A program made the position numbers and the translations under genes. From positions 64,001 to 128,000 of the forward strand of contig JBBCGK010000001.1 of NCBI GenBank assembly GCA_037200965.1: 64,000 nt of DNA, in the 5' to 3' direction. Below the pieces are notes generated by a model. The model did not search any database. It was not told the DNA's origin and was given only the letters and a program-made list of their open reading frames with translations. This DNA comes from a bacterium (GTDB lineage Bacteria; Patescibacteriota; Minisyncoccia; Phycocordibacterales; Phycocordibacteraceae). Every line of letters starts with the position of its first letter. Position 1 is the stretch's first letter. Positions 22,212 through 31,799 of this stretch are shown here, piece after piece.

Positions 22212-23120
22212 ATGCATGTTCAGGGAAAGAAAGTATTCCTCGGTCTCTCCGGAGGCGTCGACTCCGCCGTGTCCGCCGCTCTTTTGAAGGGGCAGGGAGC
22301 GCAGGTGATCGGCGTGTTCATACAAGGCTGGTACCCTCCCGGAATGCCCTGCACCTGGGCGGAGGACAGGCGCGATGCCATGCGGGTGGCAGCGCATCTT
22401 CAAATACCTTTTTTAACGCTCGACGCGAGCTCGGAATACAAGAAAGGAGTTATCGACTATCTGCTTGCCGAATACGCCGCGGGCCGGACTCCGAATCCCG
22501 ATGTGATGTGCAATAAGGAGGTGAAGTTCGGGGTCTTTTATGATTTCGCGATGGCGCACGGTGCCGACTGTATCGCGACCGGACACTATGTCTCCGGAGA
22601 GAAAGATCAGCGATACTTTCTCTGGGCGGTGCCGAAAGAAGTTCTCGGGAAGACGGTCTTTCCGGTCGGAAATATGGAAAAGAGCGACGTGCGGCGGCTT
22701 GCAAAGCAGTTCGGGCTTCCCGTATCCGGGAAGCCCGACAGCCAGGGCGTGTGCTTCCTGGGTTCCGTATCCGTGAAGGAGTTTCTGAGGCAAGAGCTTG
22801 GCGAGGATGCGGCGCTCCTCCATACCGTCGGAGAGCGTGTTGACGGGAAGTTCGTCGTCGGGAAAGAAGGCGGGCATCTCGTGCTTTCAGACACGCCTTG
22901 TGCTATTCCCCATGATATCAGGTTCCGCGACGCAAACTGGTTTCTCGATTCTTCGAAGATAACGAGCGCCCAGGTACGCTATCGCTCCCCTCATATTCCC
23001 GGCAGGGTTTCGGGCAGCACTTTCGTTCCCGCAGAACCTCTTACGGAACCCATAGCGCCGGGCCAGTCCGTCGTTTTCTACGATGGCGGGGAAATGGCGG
23101 GCGGTGGTATCATGGAGTGA
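22212..23120 (+). CDS. mnmA: tRNA 2-thiouridine(34) synthase MnmA (short form, 302 aa)
   Basis: PP-loop SGGVDSAV; catalytic-Cys region ...NPDVMCNKEVKF...; central GHY and C-terminal MnmA-like sequence. Confidence 0.8.
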   Translation: MHVQGKKVFLGLSGGVDSAVSAALLKGQGAQVIGVFIQGWYPPGMPCTWAEDRRDAMRVAAHLQIPFLTLDASSEYKKGVIDYLLAEYAAGRTPNPDVMCNKEVKFGVFYDFAMAHGADCIATGHYVSGEKDQRYFLWAVPKEVLGKTVFPVGNMEKSDVRRLAKQFGLPVSGKPDSQGVCFLGSVSVKEFLRQELGEDAALLHTVGERVDGKFVVGKEGGHLVLSDTPCAIPHDIRFRDANWFLDSSKITSAQVRYRSPHIPGRVSGSTFVPAEPLTEPIAPGQSVVFYDGGEMAGGGIME

Positions 23121-23530
23121 CTATGGGGAAGCTGCATGCCCGGATCGCGATCGGTGCCTTTATCATCGTCAGTATCGCCGTGTTCGCATTTTTCATAGCG
23201 CATACCGAAGACGGCGCGGTGCCGGAGAAAGCGACGGAATCCGGCGCGCCTGCCGCAAGCCTCGTTTCAGTCAAGAAAACCGCCTCGAAAGGAGTGCTTA
23301 CGATAACCGGGAGCGTCCGCACGCCCACTCCCTGCTATACGCTCGATGCGAAGGCGCAGACCGCATCGACCACGCCTCCGAGCATCCGCGTCGATCTCAC
23401 GGTTCCGCCGGATGACGGCATCTGCCTTCAAAAGAGCGCGGACCAGCCGTTCTCCCTTAAGATTTCCGGAGCCGCGACGGCACCGCTGTTCGTCTATCTC
23501 AACGGCGAGACCGCAACGACGACTCCTTAG
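23117..23530 (+). CDS. hypothetical membrane-anchored Thr/Ala/Pro-rich protein
   Basis: GTG/ATG start overlapping the mnmA stop; one TM helix then low-complexity extracellular region with 2 Cys. Confidence 0.45.
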   Translation: MTMGKLHARIAIGAFIIVSIAVFAFFIAHTEDGAVPEKATESGAPAASLVSVKKTASKGVLTITGSVRTPTPCYTLDAKAQTASTTPPSIRVDLTVPPDDGICLQKSADQPFSLKISGAATAPLFVYLNGETATTTP

Positions 23531-23533
23531 CAC

Positions 23534-24454
23534 ATGCCGAACATCCTCAAATCAAACGGTGAGATAGAGGCGTTCGATCCCGCAAAGCTCGTGGCCTCGC
23601 TCATGCGCTCCGGGGCGGGAGAACATACCGCCGAGCGCATCGCCGATACCATCTCGCGCACGGTAACGGAAGGGGCGCGAAGCGACGAGATATACCGGAG
23701 GGCGTTCGCGCTTCTCCGGAAGGAAGCGCGCCCGGCCGCCGCCCGCTATTCGCTCCGGAGGGCGATGCTCGAAATCGGACCGACCGGGTTTCCGTTCGAG
23801 GATTTCGTCTCGCATCTCTTCAAGCACGAGGGCTGGCAGGTGGAAACGAGGAAAATCATGCAGGGTAAGTGCGTGCCGCACGAAGTCGACGTGTATGCGA
23901 CCCGGCCTCTGGCAGGATCTAAGACAGGGGAAGTGGAAACCGTCGCGGCGGAACTCAAATACCATAACGATCCGGGGTATAAGACGGACGTGAAGATCGC
24001 ACTCTACGTGAAAGCGCGGTTCGAGGATATCTGGCACTGCGATCCCAGGGAGCGGACCTGCCCGGTCGACCGCGGCGTCCTCATCACCAATACCAAATTC
24101 ACGAGCCAAGCCATCCAGTACGCCGAATGCGCGGGCCTCGAGCTTGTCGGCTGGAGCTATCCGCTCCACGACAGCCTCTATGAGCGAATGTACCGCGCCC
24201 GCGTCTATCCCGTCACCTCCCTTACGACCCTCAAGGTATCCGAAAAGAAGTTGTTCATGCAGGCGGGCGTCATCGCCTGCGACATGCTCCGGCCCCGCCG
24301 CGAACTCTTCGCCGAGTTCCATATTTCTCCCGCGCGCGTCGGGGAGATACTCGCGGAAGCCGAGGCCCTGTGCTCGCTTCCGTATGCTCCCGACACCATG
24401 GTCCCCGATCCGGATTCGGAAGCGGTGCGGCGAACTACGGAACCCATCGTCTGA
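23534..24454 (+). CDS. ATP-cone domain fused to a Mrr-cat/PD-(D/E)xK restriction-endonuclease-like domain
   Basis: N-terminal ILKSNGEIEAFDPAKLVASLMRSG...AERIADTI resembles the ATP-cone (NrdR/RNR) domain; central ...CVPHEVDVYATRP...VAAELKYH...DVKIALYVK carries a D...ExK nuclease signature. Confidence 0.55.
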   Translation: MPNILKSNGEIEAFDPAKLVASLMRSGAGEHTAERIADTISRTVTEGARSDEIYRRAFALLRKEARPAAARYSLRRAMLEIGPTGFPFEDFVSHLFKHEGWQVETRKIMQGKCVPHEVDVYATRPLAGSKTGEVETVAAELKYHNDPGYKTDVKIALYVKARFEDIWHCDPRERTCPVDRGVLITNTKFTSQAIQYAECAGLELVGWSYPLHDSLYERMYRARVYPVTSLTTLKVSEKKLFMQAGVIACDMLRPRRELFAEFHISPARVGEILAEAEALCSLPYAPDTMVPDPDSEAVRRTTEPIV

Positions 24455-24456
24455 CC

Positions 24457-25245
24457 ATGGCCGATTTCAAGAAGCAATACAACCCGAACCGGAGCGCCGA
24501 CTGGAACTATGGCGGGGGCAAATGGCGGCTCTCCCGCTCGAAGATAGAGCTGTTCAACGAATGCCCGCGCTGTTTCTATCTCGACAACAAGCTCGGTACC
24601 GGGCGTCCCCGCGGCCCCGCGTTCACGCTCAACATCGCCGTCGACGCGCTCCTCAAGAAGGAGTTCGACGCGCACCGTGCGAACGCGAGCGCGCACCCGC
24701 TCATGGAGCGCTACGGGATAGATGCCGTTCCGTACGCGCATGCCAAGCTCGATACCTGGCGCGAGAATTTCGAAGGCATCGAATATCTCCATGAGCCGAC
24801 GGGCTTCCGGATATCGGGAGCCGTCGACGATATATGGGTCAACTCCAAAGGCGAGCTGATCGTCGTCGACTATAAGGCGACATCGAAGAATGGAACGATC
24901 ACCTCGCTTTCGGATTCCTCCTGGGAAGGGTCATACAAGCGCCAGATGGGCGTGTATCAATGGCTCTTAAAGAACAACGGGTTCTCCGTGTCGAACACCG
25001 GTTATTTCGTGTACGCGAACGCGAGTTCGGACGAGGATGCGTTTGACGGAAAGCTCGAGTTCGAGGTTACCGTCGTGCCCTGCGAAGGCGATACGGCCTG
25101 GATAGACGAAGTGCTGCCGAGGATCAAGGAAACGCTCGACTCGGATGCCATTCCACCCGTCGGAGAGACCTGCGAATACTGCCCGTACCGCGAGCATGCC
25201 GGAAAGAAGCTGTTGGCGCTTCAGAAAAAGGCGAGAGGGAAGTAA
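24457..25245 (+). CDS. Cas4/RecB-like PD-(D/E)xK nuclease with 4 Cys (putative Fe-S)
   Basis: GAVDDIWVNSKGELIVVDYKATSK matches the RecB-family G.ID...DG...IVDYKTG motif; CPRC near the N-terminus and CEYC near the C-terminus. Confidence 0.6.
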   Translation: MADFKKQYNPNRSADWNYGGGKWRLSRSKIELFNECPRCFYLDNKLGTGRPRGPAFTLNIAVDALLKKEFDAHRANASAHPLMERYGIDAVPYAHAKLDTWRENFEGIEYLHEPTGFRISGAVDDIWVNSKGELIVVDYKATSKNGTITSLSDSSWEGSYKRQMGVYQWLLKNNGFSVSNTGYFVYANASSDEDAFDGKLEFEVTVVPCEGDTAWIDEVLPRIKETLDSDAIPPVGETCEYCPYREHAGKKLLALQKKARGK

Positions 25246-25247
25246 TA

Positions 25248-25517
25248 TTGGGGGATATGAAGAAAGCTGATTTTGCGGAGCGGGTAAGGGCCATCGTGCG
25301 GAAGATTCCGAAAGGGCAGACCCGCACCTATGGGCAAATCGCCGCGGCAGCGGGACGCCCGGGAGCTGCGAGGGCGGTGGGCACCGTGATGTCGAATAAC
25401 TATGATAAGACCGTGCCGTGCCACCGCGTTATCCGCGCGGACGGCAAGATCGGGGAATATAACCGTGGAGGCCCAGCGAAGAAACGCGCGCTTTTGAGGA
25501 CGGAGGGCGCGCTTTAG
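25248..25517 (+). CDS. MGMT-family protein (O6-alkylguanine-DNA alkyltransferase C-terminal DNA-binding domain only)
   Basis: 89 aa; PCHRVI active-site motif; YGQIA helix. Confidence 0.8.
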   Translation: MGDMKKADFAERVRAIVRKIPKGQTRTYGQIAAAAGRPGAARAVGTVMSNNYDKTVPCHRVIRADGKIGEYNRGGPAKKRALLRTEGAL

Positions 25518-25540
25518 GAAGCCACAGGTGCATAAGCGAT

Positions 25541-25569
25541 TGACCGCCCGCAAGGCGGTGTTAATCTTC
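25541..25569 (+). promoter_or_regulatory. sigma70-like promoter (TTGACC-N16-TAATCT)
   Basis: Upstream of the 25634 gene; about 60-nt leader with AAGGGAG RBS. Confidence 0.45.
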
Positions 25570-25633
25570 CCTTCGGAGAAAGCACACTCCGTGGCGCAAT
25601 TGGTCCGGTCGGACCGATAGAAGGGAGATTGAC

Positions 25634-26185
25634 ATGCTTATCATCCGTACGGTGCTGTTTTTTGTTGCGTTTATTGCCGTCTCCGCGGATGCAAAAGTCC
25701 GCAGCCCGGCACCTCAGCAACCCGCCCCTGCGGGAGCCCGGGTTGCCGTCCTGTACGCCGCTACGCAAAAACTTCGAGTGTCCGTCATGCAGGCATGTAT
25801 GCGGCGCAACAACTTGAAGAAAGACTGCCATACTCCTGTCACAATCGGCTGCACGTTATTCCAGCCGTACCTTGGAGGAGATATTCCCGTCGCTACGTTC
25901 GCCGGGAGCTTCGGGGAAGACGCCTTCGTACTTGCAGCCGTTTCCGGAACCATCGCCACCGTGTACACGGATGCCAGGCACGATGGAAAACTCGACCATA
26001 TCCAGATCCTCGCTGCCGATACCGGTTCGCCCCGGGAAATGGAAGCTTTGCGGATCCAAACTGTCGAAGTGCTTAAGAGAGACAAGGCCCGCGGCGCGCC
26101 GCTTTCCCAACAAAGTTTCGCGCAGCAGGTCGAGAGTTTCGGATCCTGCATGCGCGAAGCTGTGGAAACCGAAACCCGTCATTAG
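25634..26185 (+). CDS. secreted hypothetical protein
   Basis: Signal peptide MLIIRTVLFFVAFIAVSADA; RBS gaaggGAG. Confidence 0.5.
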   Translation: MLIIRTVLFFVAFIAVSADAKVRSPAPQQPAPAGARVAVLYAATQKLRVSVMQACMRRNNLKKDCHTPVTIGCTLFQPYLGGDIPVATFAGSFGEDAFVLAAVSGTIATVYTDARHDGKLDHIQILAADTGSPREMEALRIQTVEVLKRDKARGAPLSQQSFAQQVESFGSCMREAVETETRH

Positions 26186-26246
26186 CATATTCAAGTTCCT
26201 GGCGCGTCCCGTTTCCCGGGGCGCGCTTGCTTGTATACTGCAAGCT

Positions 26247-26915
26247 ATGGAAGTGAAAATCGACCCGTCCTGGAAGGATAAGCTCGCGGGGGAATTCGAC
26301 GAGCCGTACTTCAAGGAGCTTGCCGAATTCGTGCGGGGCGAATACAAAAGCGGGAAGGTCTATCCGCTCCCGAAGAACATCTTCCGCGCGTTCGAGCTGT
26401 GTCCGTTCGGGAAGGTGAAGGTTGTAATTCTCGGCCAGGACCCGTACCACGGGGCGGGACAAGCGAATGGGCTTTCGTTTGCCGTCGAATCGAATATCGC
26501 CGTACCGCCGTCGCTTCAGAATATCTTCAAAGAAATAGAGAACGAATTCGGGAAGCCCCTGGTACACACCGACGGCGACCTTTCGCGCTGGGCAGTGCAG
26601 GGTGTGCTTCTCCTTAACGCCACCCTTACGGTACGCGCGCGGCTCGCGGGCTCGCACCAGGGTAAAGGCTGGGAGAAATTCACCGATGCCGTCGTGCGGG
26701 TCCTTTCCGAGGAACGGGAGCATCTGGTTTTCATGCTCTGGGGCAATTATGCGAAGCAGAAGGGCGCGCATATCGATCGTACGAAGCATCTGGTGCTCGA
26801 GTCGGCGCACCCCTCGCCTTTCTCCGCCGCGAACGGATTTTTTGGGAATGGGCATTTCAAAAAGGCGAATGAATACCTTATCGAACAAGGAGAGGCTCCC
26901 ATAGACTGGCTCTAG
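26247..26915 (+). CDS. ung: uracil-DNA glycosylase (family 1)
   Basis: GQDPYH water-activating loop, LLLNATLTV, HPSPFSA motifs; TATACT -10 at 26234-26239, 7 nt before the ATG. Confidence 0.9.
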   Translation: MEVKIDPSWKDKLAGEFDEPYFKELAEFVRGEYKSGKVYPLPKNIFRAFELCPFGKVKVVILGQDPYHGAGQANGLSFAVESNIAVPPSLQNIFKEIENEFGKPLVHTDGDLSRWAVQGVLLLNATLTVRARLAGSHQGKGWEKFTDAVVRVLSEEREHLVFMLWGNYAKQKGAHIDRTKHLVLESAHPSPFSAANGFFGNGHFKKANEYLIEQGEAPIDWL

Positions 26916-26935
26916 TATTTCGATATACTCGGCGC

Positions 26936-27514
26936 ATGAACCACACTCCGGAAATAAAGAAGGCGATACAGTTCGCCGCGCGCAAGCACCACGGGCAGTT
27001 CCGCGCCGAGGCGGAGCCGCTTCCGTACGTGACGCACTTGTTTTCGGTCGCGCTGCTCCTTGCGGAAGGCGGAGCGGGCGATGAGGTCGTGATCGCCGGG
27101 CTTCTCCACGATACGCTTGAGGATACGGATACTACGCCCGAAGAATTGGAGAAGGCGTTCGGGTCACGGGTATTGAGGCTTGTAGAAGCGGTAACGGAAC
27201 CTAAGCTGGGGCTGAATGGCGAGCAACTTTCTTGGCGGGCTATGAAAGAGTTATGTGTCAAACAACTTCAAGACGGGCCGGACGGAGCGCTTATGGTTTC
27301 TGCCGCCGACAAAATCGACAACATAGAATCCAAGGTCGCTGCGTTCGGTCGCGAAGGAGCCGCCCTCCTTGCCCGTTTTTCTCAAAAACCAGAAAGCTAC
27401 CTCTGGTACCACGGCGCGGTGCTTGAAGAGGCGCGGAAGCGCCTTTCGGGGCCGCTCCTTGAGCGTTTCAAGCGTGCGTATGAGCGTGAACGGATAACGT
27501 TCGGAGCCCTTTAA
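26936..27514 (+). CDS. HD-domain (p)ppGpp-hydrolase-like protein (RelA/SpoT N-terminal HD)
   Basis: H...HLFSVALLL...LLHDTLEDT matches the RelA/SpoT HD hydrolase signature; TATACT -10 lies 6 nt before the ATG. Confidence 0.7.
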   Translation: MNHTPEIKKAIQFAARKHHGQFRAEAEPLPYVTHLFSVALLLAEGGAGDEVVIAGLLHDTLEDTDTTPEELEKAFGSRVLRLVEAVTEPKLGLNGEQLSWRAMKELCVKQLQDGPDGALMVSAADKIDNIESKVAAFGREGAALLARFSQKPESYLWYHGAVLEEARKRLSGPLLERFKRAYERERITFGAL

Positions 27515-27518
27515 GTGA

Positions 27519-29492
27519 CTACCAGATCCTTGCCCGCTCTTTCGGCTCCCGATAGAGCTTGTCTCCTTTACGCACGCCGAAGGCCTCATAGAACTCCGGA
27601 AGGTTCGAGACGGGACCGTTGATTCGGAATTCTCCCGGAGAGTGGGGATCGGTAAGAACTTGCATCTTTACAAACTCCGGGCGCACAACCTCCCGCTCGA
27701 ACAGTGCGAATCCGAGGAAGAACCGCTGCTCGGGCGTAAAGCCCTGGATAGCCTCGCGCTTCCCGGTACGCGAAAGGGCGGCCTGGTACGCATCGAAGGC
27801 GATGGATGCGCCGCCGAGATCGGCGATATTCTCTCCGAGCGTGAGCTTGCCGTTTACGGGCACGCCGTCCGCGACCCGGTACTGATCAAACTGCTTCTCG
27901 ACAAGCTTCGCCTTTTTCATGAACCGCTTCCGGTCTTCCTTGCTCCACCACGCCCGCATGTTTCCTTTCCCGTCGAACTTCGATCCTTGATCGTCAAAGC
28001 CGTGCGTTATTTCGTGCCCGATGACCGCGCCGATGCAGCCGTAGTTTATGGCATCATCCGCCGAGAGATCGAAGAACGGCGGCTGGAGAATCCCGGCAGG
28101 GAATACGATCTCGTTCATGTTGAAGTTGCAGTACGCGTTCACGGTCTGCGGGTACATACCCCATTCGCTGCGGTCGATCGGACGGCCGAGCTTCTTCATT
28201 TCGCGGCGGTGTTCGAACTTTGCAGAACGCACGAGGTTCCCGAAATAGTCGTCCGTCCGGACGACCAATCCGCGATACGAACGCCACTTATCCGGGTATC
28301 CGATCTTCCGGTTCATCTGGCTGAGCTTCCGTACCGCTTTCTTTTTGGTGTCCGGAGTCATCCAGTCGAGATACTTGATCCGCTTCTCGTATGCTGCAAA
28401 AAGATCGTCCACAAGACCGTTCATGCGAAGTTTCGCTTCGGACGTGAAGTGCTCCTTCACGTATGCTTGCCCGAGAAGCTCTCCAAGGCTTCCGCTGGTT
28501 GCCGCAAGCGAGCGCCGCCACAGCGGTTTAAGCTGCTTGCTGCCCATGAGGGTTTTCCCGTAGAACGCGAATTGCTGCCGTACGAATGCGCGTGAAAGCG
28601 CACCGGCGAAGTCGTTTATAAGGTGCCACCGGAAATAGACCTTCCAATCCGCGAGCGGCACCGTCTTAAGCATGCCGTTTACGGCCTTCAGGAATCCGGG
28701 CTGCGTAACGATGAGGTCGCCGGAACACGCCGCGCCGATGGAATTCAGATATCGCTTCCAGTCGATGCCCGGAGCGATCTTCCGGAGCGCTGACGGAGAA
28801 ACCTTGTGATAGGTTTTCTCAAGGTCGCGGGCAAGTTCCTTTTTCATGGAAGCCCTGGCGAGCATCGTTTCGATACGCATGACGGTTTCGGACGCGGTCG
28901 TACAATCCTTGGGAGAAAGTCCGAGCAGCCTGTGCATGGCTTCGATGTGCCGGACGTATGCGCCGCGCACGCGCTTCGATTCGGCGTCGTCCTTGAGGTA
29001 ATAATCGCGGTCGGGCATGCCGAGTCCGTCCTGTTGGAGATAGAGGGCGTATCGTTCGCTGTTCTTCAGGTCCTGGTCGATCATGCCGCCCCAGAGGACT
29101 CCGATTCCGAGTGTGTGGAATTCCGCGGTGAGAGAAAGGAGGTCTTCCGTGGTTTGAACGCGCCCGATACGGGAGAGCCACGGCGCAAGGGGAGCGGCTC
29201 CCAGCTTCTCCCGTCTCTTTTCATCAAGACCCGAGCGATAGAAGTCGCGGATCATCTGTTCCGGAGAACCGGCAGCATAGCGGCCGCGGGCTATGCGCTC
29301 GACAAGCTTTTTGAGTTGCTTGTCAGTTTCCGCCCGAAGCGTCGAGAAGGTTCCCCAGCGGGACTCGTTCGCCGGGATTTTCGCTTTCCTGAGCCACGTA
29401 CCATGCGCATGGCGGAAGAAGTCGTCTTGCGGGCGAACGTTCGTATCCATGCCCCGCACGTCGAATCCCCAATGCTTTCGTGTTTGTTTCAT
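27519..29492 (-). CDS. pepO: M13 family zinc metalloendopeptidase (PepO/neprilysin-like)
   Basis: HEITHGFDDQG (HExxH), ENIADLGG, N-terminal NAYY region; 657 aa. Confidence 0.9.
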   Translation of the reverse strand: MKQTRKHWGFDVRGMDTNVRPQDDFFRHAHGTWLRKAKIPANESRWGTFSTLRAETDKQLKKLVERIARGRYAAGSPEQMIRDFYRSGLDEKRREKLGAAPLAPWLSRIGRVQTTEDLLSLTAEFHTLGIGVLWGGMIDQDLKNSERYALYLQQDGLGMPDRDYYLKDDAESKRVRGAYVRHIEAMHRLLGLSPKDCTTASETVMRIETMLARASMKKELARDLEKTYHKVSPSALRKIAPGIDWKRYLNSIGAACSGDLIVTQPGFLKAVNGMLKTVPLADWKVYFRWHLINDFAGALSRAFVRQQFAFYGKTLMGSKQLKPLWRRSLAATSGSLGELLGQAYVKEHFTSEAKLRMNGLVDDLFAAYEKRIKYLDWMTPDTKKKAVRKLSQMNRKIGYPDKWRSYRGLVVRTDDYFGNLVRSAKFEHRREMKKLGRPIDRSEWGMYPQTVNAYCNFNMNEIVFPAGILQPPFFDLSADDAINYGCIGAVIGHEITHGFDDQGSKFDGKGNMRAWWSKEDRKRFMKKAKLVEKQFDQYRVADGVPVNGKLTLGENIADLGGASIAFDAYQAALSRTGKREAIQGFTPEQRFFLGFALFEREVVRPEFVKMQVLTDPHSPGEFRINGPVSNLPEFYEAFGVRKGDKLYREPKERARIW

Positions 29493-29604
29493 GCGGATAT
29501 CTTAGCCGAATGTGTAGGGAATCGCTAAGAGCTTGACAAGATATCAACTTCCAACTACTATATTTACGGTAACCCTGAGGAGGCGCCAGAGTGGCGCAAG
29601 ATCG

Positions 29605-29766
29605 ATGAGGATATTGTTTGCACTGCTCGGTGCACCGGCTACGACAGCGGCATTGCTTTATGCCGTCGAAGGAGGAGGAGCCTTGGGCACTCATTGGTTT
29701 GAGTTGATTGCGGTGTTCGCAGGCACCCTTTCAGCTACGATCGTCTGCGAAGGTTTGCGCAAGTAA
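29605..29766 (+). CDS. possible small membrane protein
   Basis: ATG in frame with listed ORF 29533; two hydrophobic segments; weak translation signals. Confidence 0.25.
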   Translation: MRILFALLGAPATTAALLYAVEGGGALGTHWFELIAVFAGTLSATIVCEGLRK

Positions 29767-29780
29767 ACGAGACAATGAAG

Positions 29781-29820
29781 CCCGCCCCATCTCAATTCAA
29801 CGAGATGTGGGCGGGTTCTT
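29781..29820. terminator. hairpin terminator (13-14 bp stem)
   Basis: cccgccccatctc-aattcaac-gagatgtgggcggg followed by ttctt. Confidence 0.55.
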
Positions 29821-29845
29821 GCATTCATGATATCTTTTCGAGACC

Positions 29846-31750
29846 ATGATCGTTTCCGAAGTGCGAAGCCGATATTTGAAATTCTTCGAGAAGCGCGGAC
29901 ACGCGATCATCCCGAGCGCGCCCATCGTTCCCGGGAACGACCCCACCACCTTGTTTACCAGTAGCGGCATGCAGCCCCTCGTTCCGTACCTTCTCGGCAA
30001 AGACCATCCGGCCGGGAAACGCGTCGCGAATTCCCAGATGAGTTTCCGCGCGGGAGACATCGAGGAAGTGGGTGATAACCGCCACACGACATTCTTCGAA
30101 ATGCTCGGCAACTGGTCGCTCGGCGACTATTTCAAGAAGGAGCAGCTTCCGTGGTTCTTCGAATTCCTCACAAGCGCGGAAGAAGGACTCGGGCTCGATC
30201 CCGCGAAGCTCTATGTCACCGTTTTCGCAGGCGACAAAGAGGCTGGAATGGAGGCCGATATGGAAGCGGTCGGAATATGGAAGGAGCTTTTCAAAACCAA
30301 GGGGATCGATGCGGCGTTCTCGGATATAGGAAGCGAAGAGGCGGGGTATGAAAAAGGAATGGGTCCGAACGACCGTATCTTTGCCTATGACGCGAAGAAA
30401 AATTGGTGGAGCAGGGCGGGGGTTCCGGCGAACATGCCTCCCGGAGAACCCGGCGGCCCGGATTCCGAAGTCTTCTACGACTTCGGGCTTCCTCATGACC
30501 CGAAATGGGGTCCGAACTGCCATCCAAACTGCGACTGCGGTCGTTTCGTCGAGATCGGGAACTCGGTCTTCATGCAGTTTATCAAGAACCCCGACGGATC
30601 GTTCTCGAACCTTCCGAAGCAGAACGTCGACTTCGGCGGGGGCCTCGAGCGGCTCACGTTCGCCACGCTTGGCACCCCGGACGCTTTCCTCATCGATGTC
30701 TTCGACGCGGCGCGGACAGTGCTTGAGTCCAGGACCGGGAAGAAATACGCGGAAGAAGAGAGCGTGACGCGCTCGATGCGCATTATCCTCGATCATATGC
30801 GCGCCGCGTCCTTCATGCTCGCGGAAGGCGTTACCCCTTCGAACACCGAGGCGGGGTACGTACTTCGCCGTCTTATCCGCCGCGCGATACGTGAAGCCGA
30901 CCGGCTCGGAATCAAGGACGCAGTGCTCGCGGATGTAGCTAAAGGATACGGCGAGGCGTATGCGGGACAGTATCCTCATGTGCTCGCCGCAAGCGAGGCG
31001 ATCCGGGATGATCTCGCGAAAGAAGAGGAGCGGTTCCGCAAGACGCTCGCAGGAGGCATGCGGGAGCTTGAGAAGATGGGGAGCGACATCGATGCTTTTA
31101 CCCTCTTCACTTCCTATGGCTTTCCGCTCGAACTCACCGAGGAGATCGCGAAGGAACGCGGCATCGCGCTTGATATGAAGAAAGTGAACGAACAGATGAC
31201 CAAGCATCAGGAAGAATCCCGCGCGGGAGGCGCGCAGCGTTTCGCCGGAGGACTTGCCGACCATTCGGAACAGACGGTCAAATACCACACCGCGCACCAC
31301 CTTCTCCTTGCGGCGCTTCAGAAAGTTCTCGGGCCTGACGTGAAGCAGCGGGGAAGCAATATCACGAGCGAGCGCCTGCGCATCGATTTTTCATACGGAC
31401 AGAAGGTGACGCCGGAGCAGCTTACGGAAGCCGAGGACATTGTGAACGAGATCACCGCGCAGGAACTGCCGGTGACAAGAACGGTGATGCCGAAGGAAGA
31501 GGCCGAGAAGCTCGGCGCACAAATGGAATTCGGGGTGAAATATCCGGATATGGTCTCGGTATATTCCGTGGGGCCAAAAGATGCGACCGAGGCTGACCCG
31601 AAGATCGGCGAAGCATTTTCGCTTGAGTTCTGCGGCGGGCCGCACGTGGCAAACACGAGAGAGCTTGGCGAAGGCGGAAAGCGCTTCAAGATCCAGAAGG
31701 AGGAGGCTTCCTCCGCAGGAGTCCGCCGCATCAAAGCAGTGCTTGCATAA
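29846..31750 (+). CDS. alaS: alanine--tRNA ligase, short form lacking the C-terminal C-Ala domain (634 aa)
   Basis: Class II catalytic core; editing-domain zinc motifs TAHHLL (HxxxH) and CGGPHV (CxxxH) near the C-terminus. Confidence 0.9.
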   Translation: MIVSEVRSRYLKFFEKRGHAIIPSAPIVPGNDPTTLFTSSGMQPLVPYLLGKDHPAGKRVANSQMSFRAGDIEEVGDNRHTTFFEMLGNWSLGDYFKKEQLPWFFEFLTSAEEGLGLDPAKLYVTVFAGDKEAGMEADMEAVGIWKELFKTKGIDAAFSDIGSEEAGYEKGMGPNDRIFAYDAKKNWWSRAGVPANMPPGEPGGPDSEVFYDFGLPHDPKWGPNCHPNCDCGRFVEIGNSVFMQFIKNPDGSFSNLPKQNVDFGGGLERLTFATLGTPDAFLIDVFDAARTVLESRTGKKYAEEESVTRSMRIILDHMRAASFMLAEGVTPSNTEAGYVLRRLIRRAIREADRLGIKDAVLADVAKGYGEAYAGQYPHVLAASEAIRDDLAKEEERFRKTLAGGMRELEKMGSDIDAFTLFTSYGFPLELTEEIAKERGIALDMKKVNEQMTKHQEESRAGGAQRFAGGLADHSEQTVKYHTAHHLLLAALQKVLGPDVKQRGSNITSERLRIDFSYGQKVTPEQLTEAEDIVNEITAQELPVTRTVMPKEEAEKLGAQMEFGVKYPDMVSVYSVGPKDATEADPKIGEAFSLEFCGGPHVANTRELGEGGKRFKIQKEEASSAGVRRIKAVLA

Positions 31751-31799
31751 CGGGCGTGATATACTTTCAAGCGTTATCTAACGCATAATCATCGTACCT

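Noticed and set aside
21790-22287. Plus-strand 165-aa ORF overlapping the minus-strand 21823..22131 gene
   Set aside because: - The minus-strand gene has an RBS, a promoter and a terminator.
- The plus ORF has none of these, and it overlaps the mnmA start.
29825-31300. 491-aa minus-strand ORF opposite alaS
   Set aside because: It is an antisense shadow of alaS.
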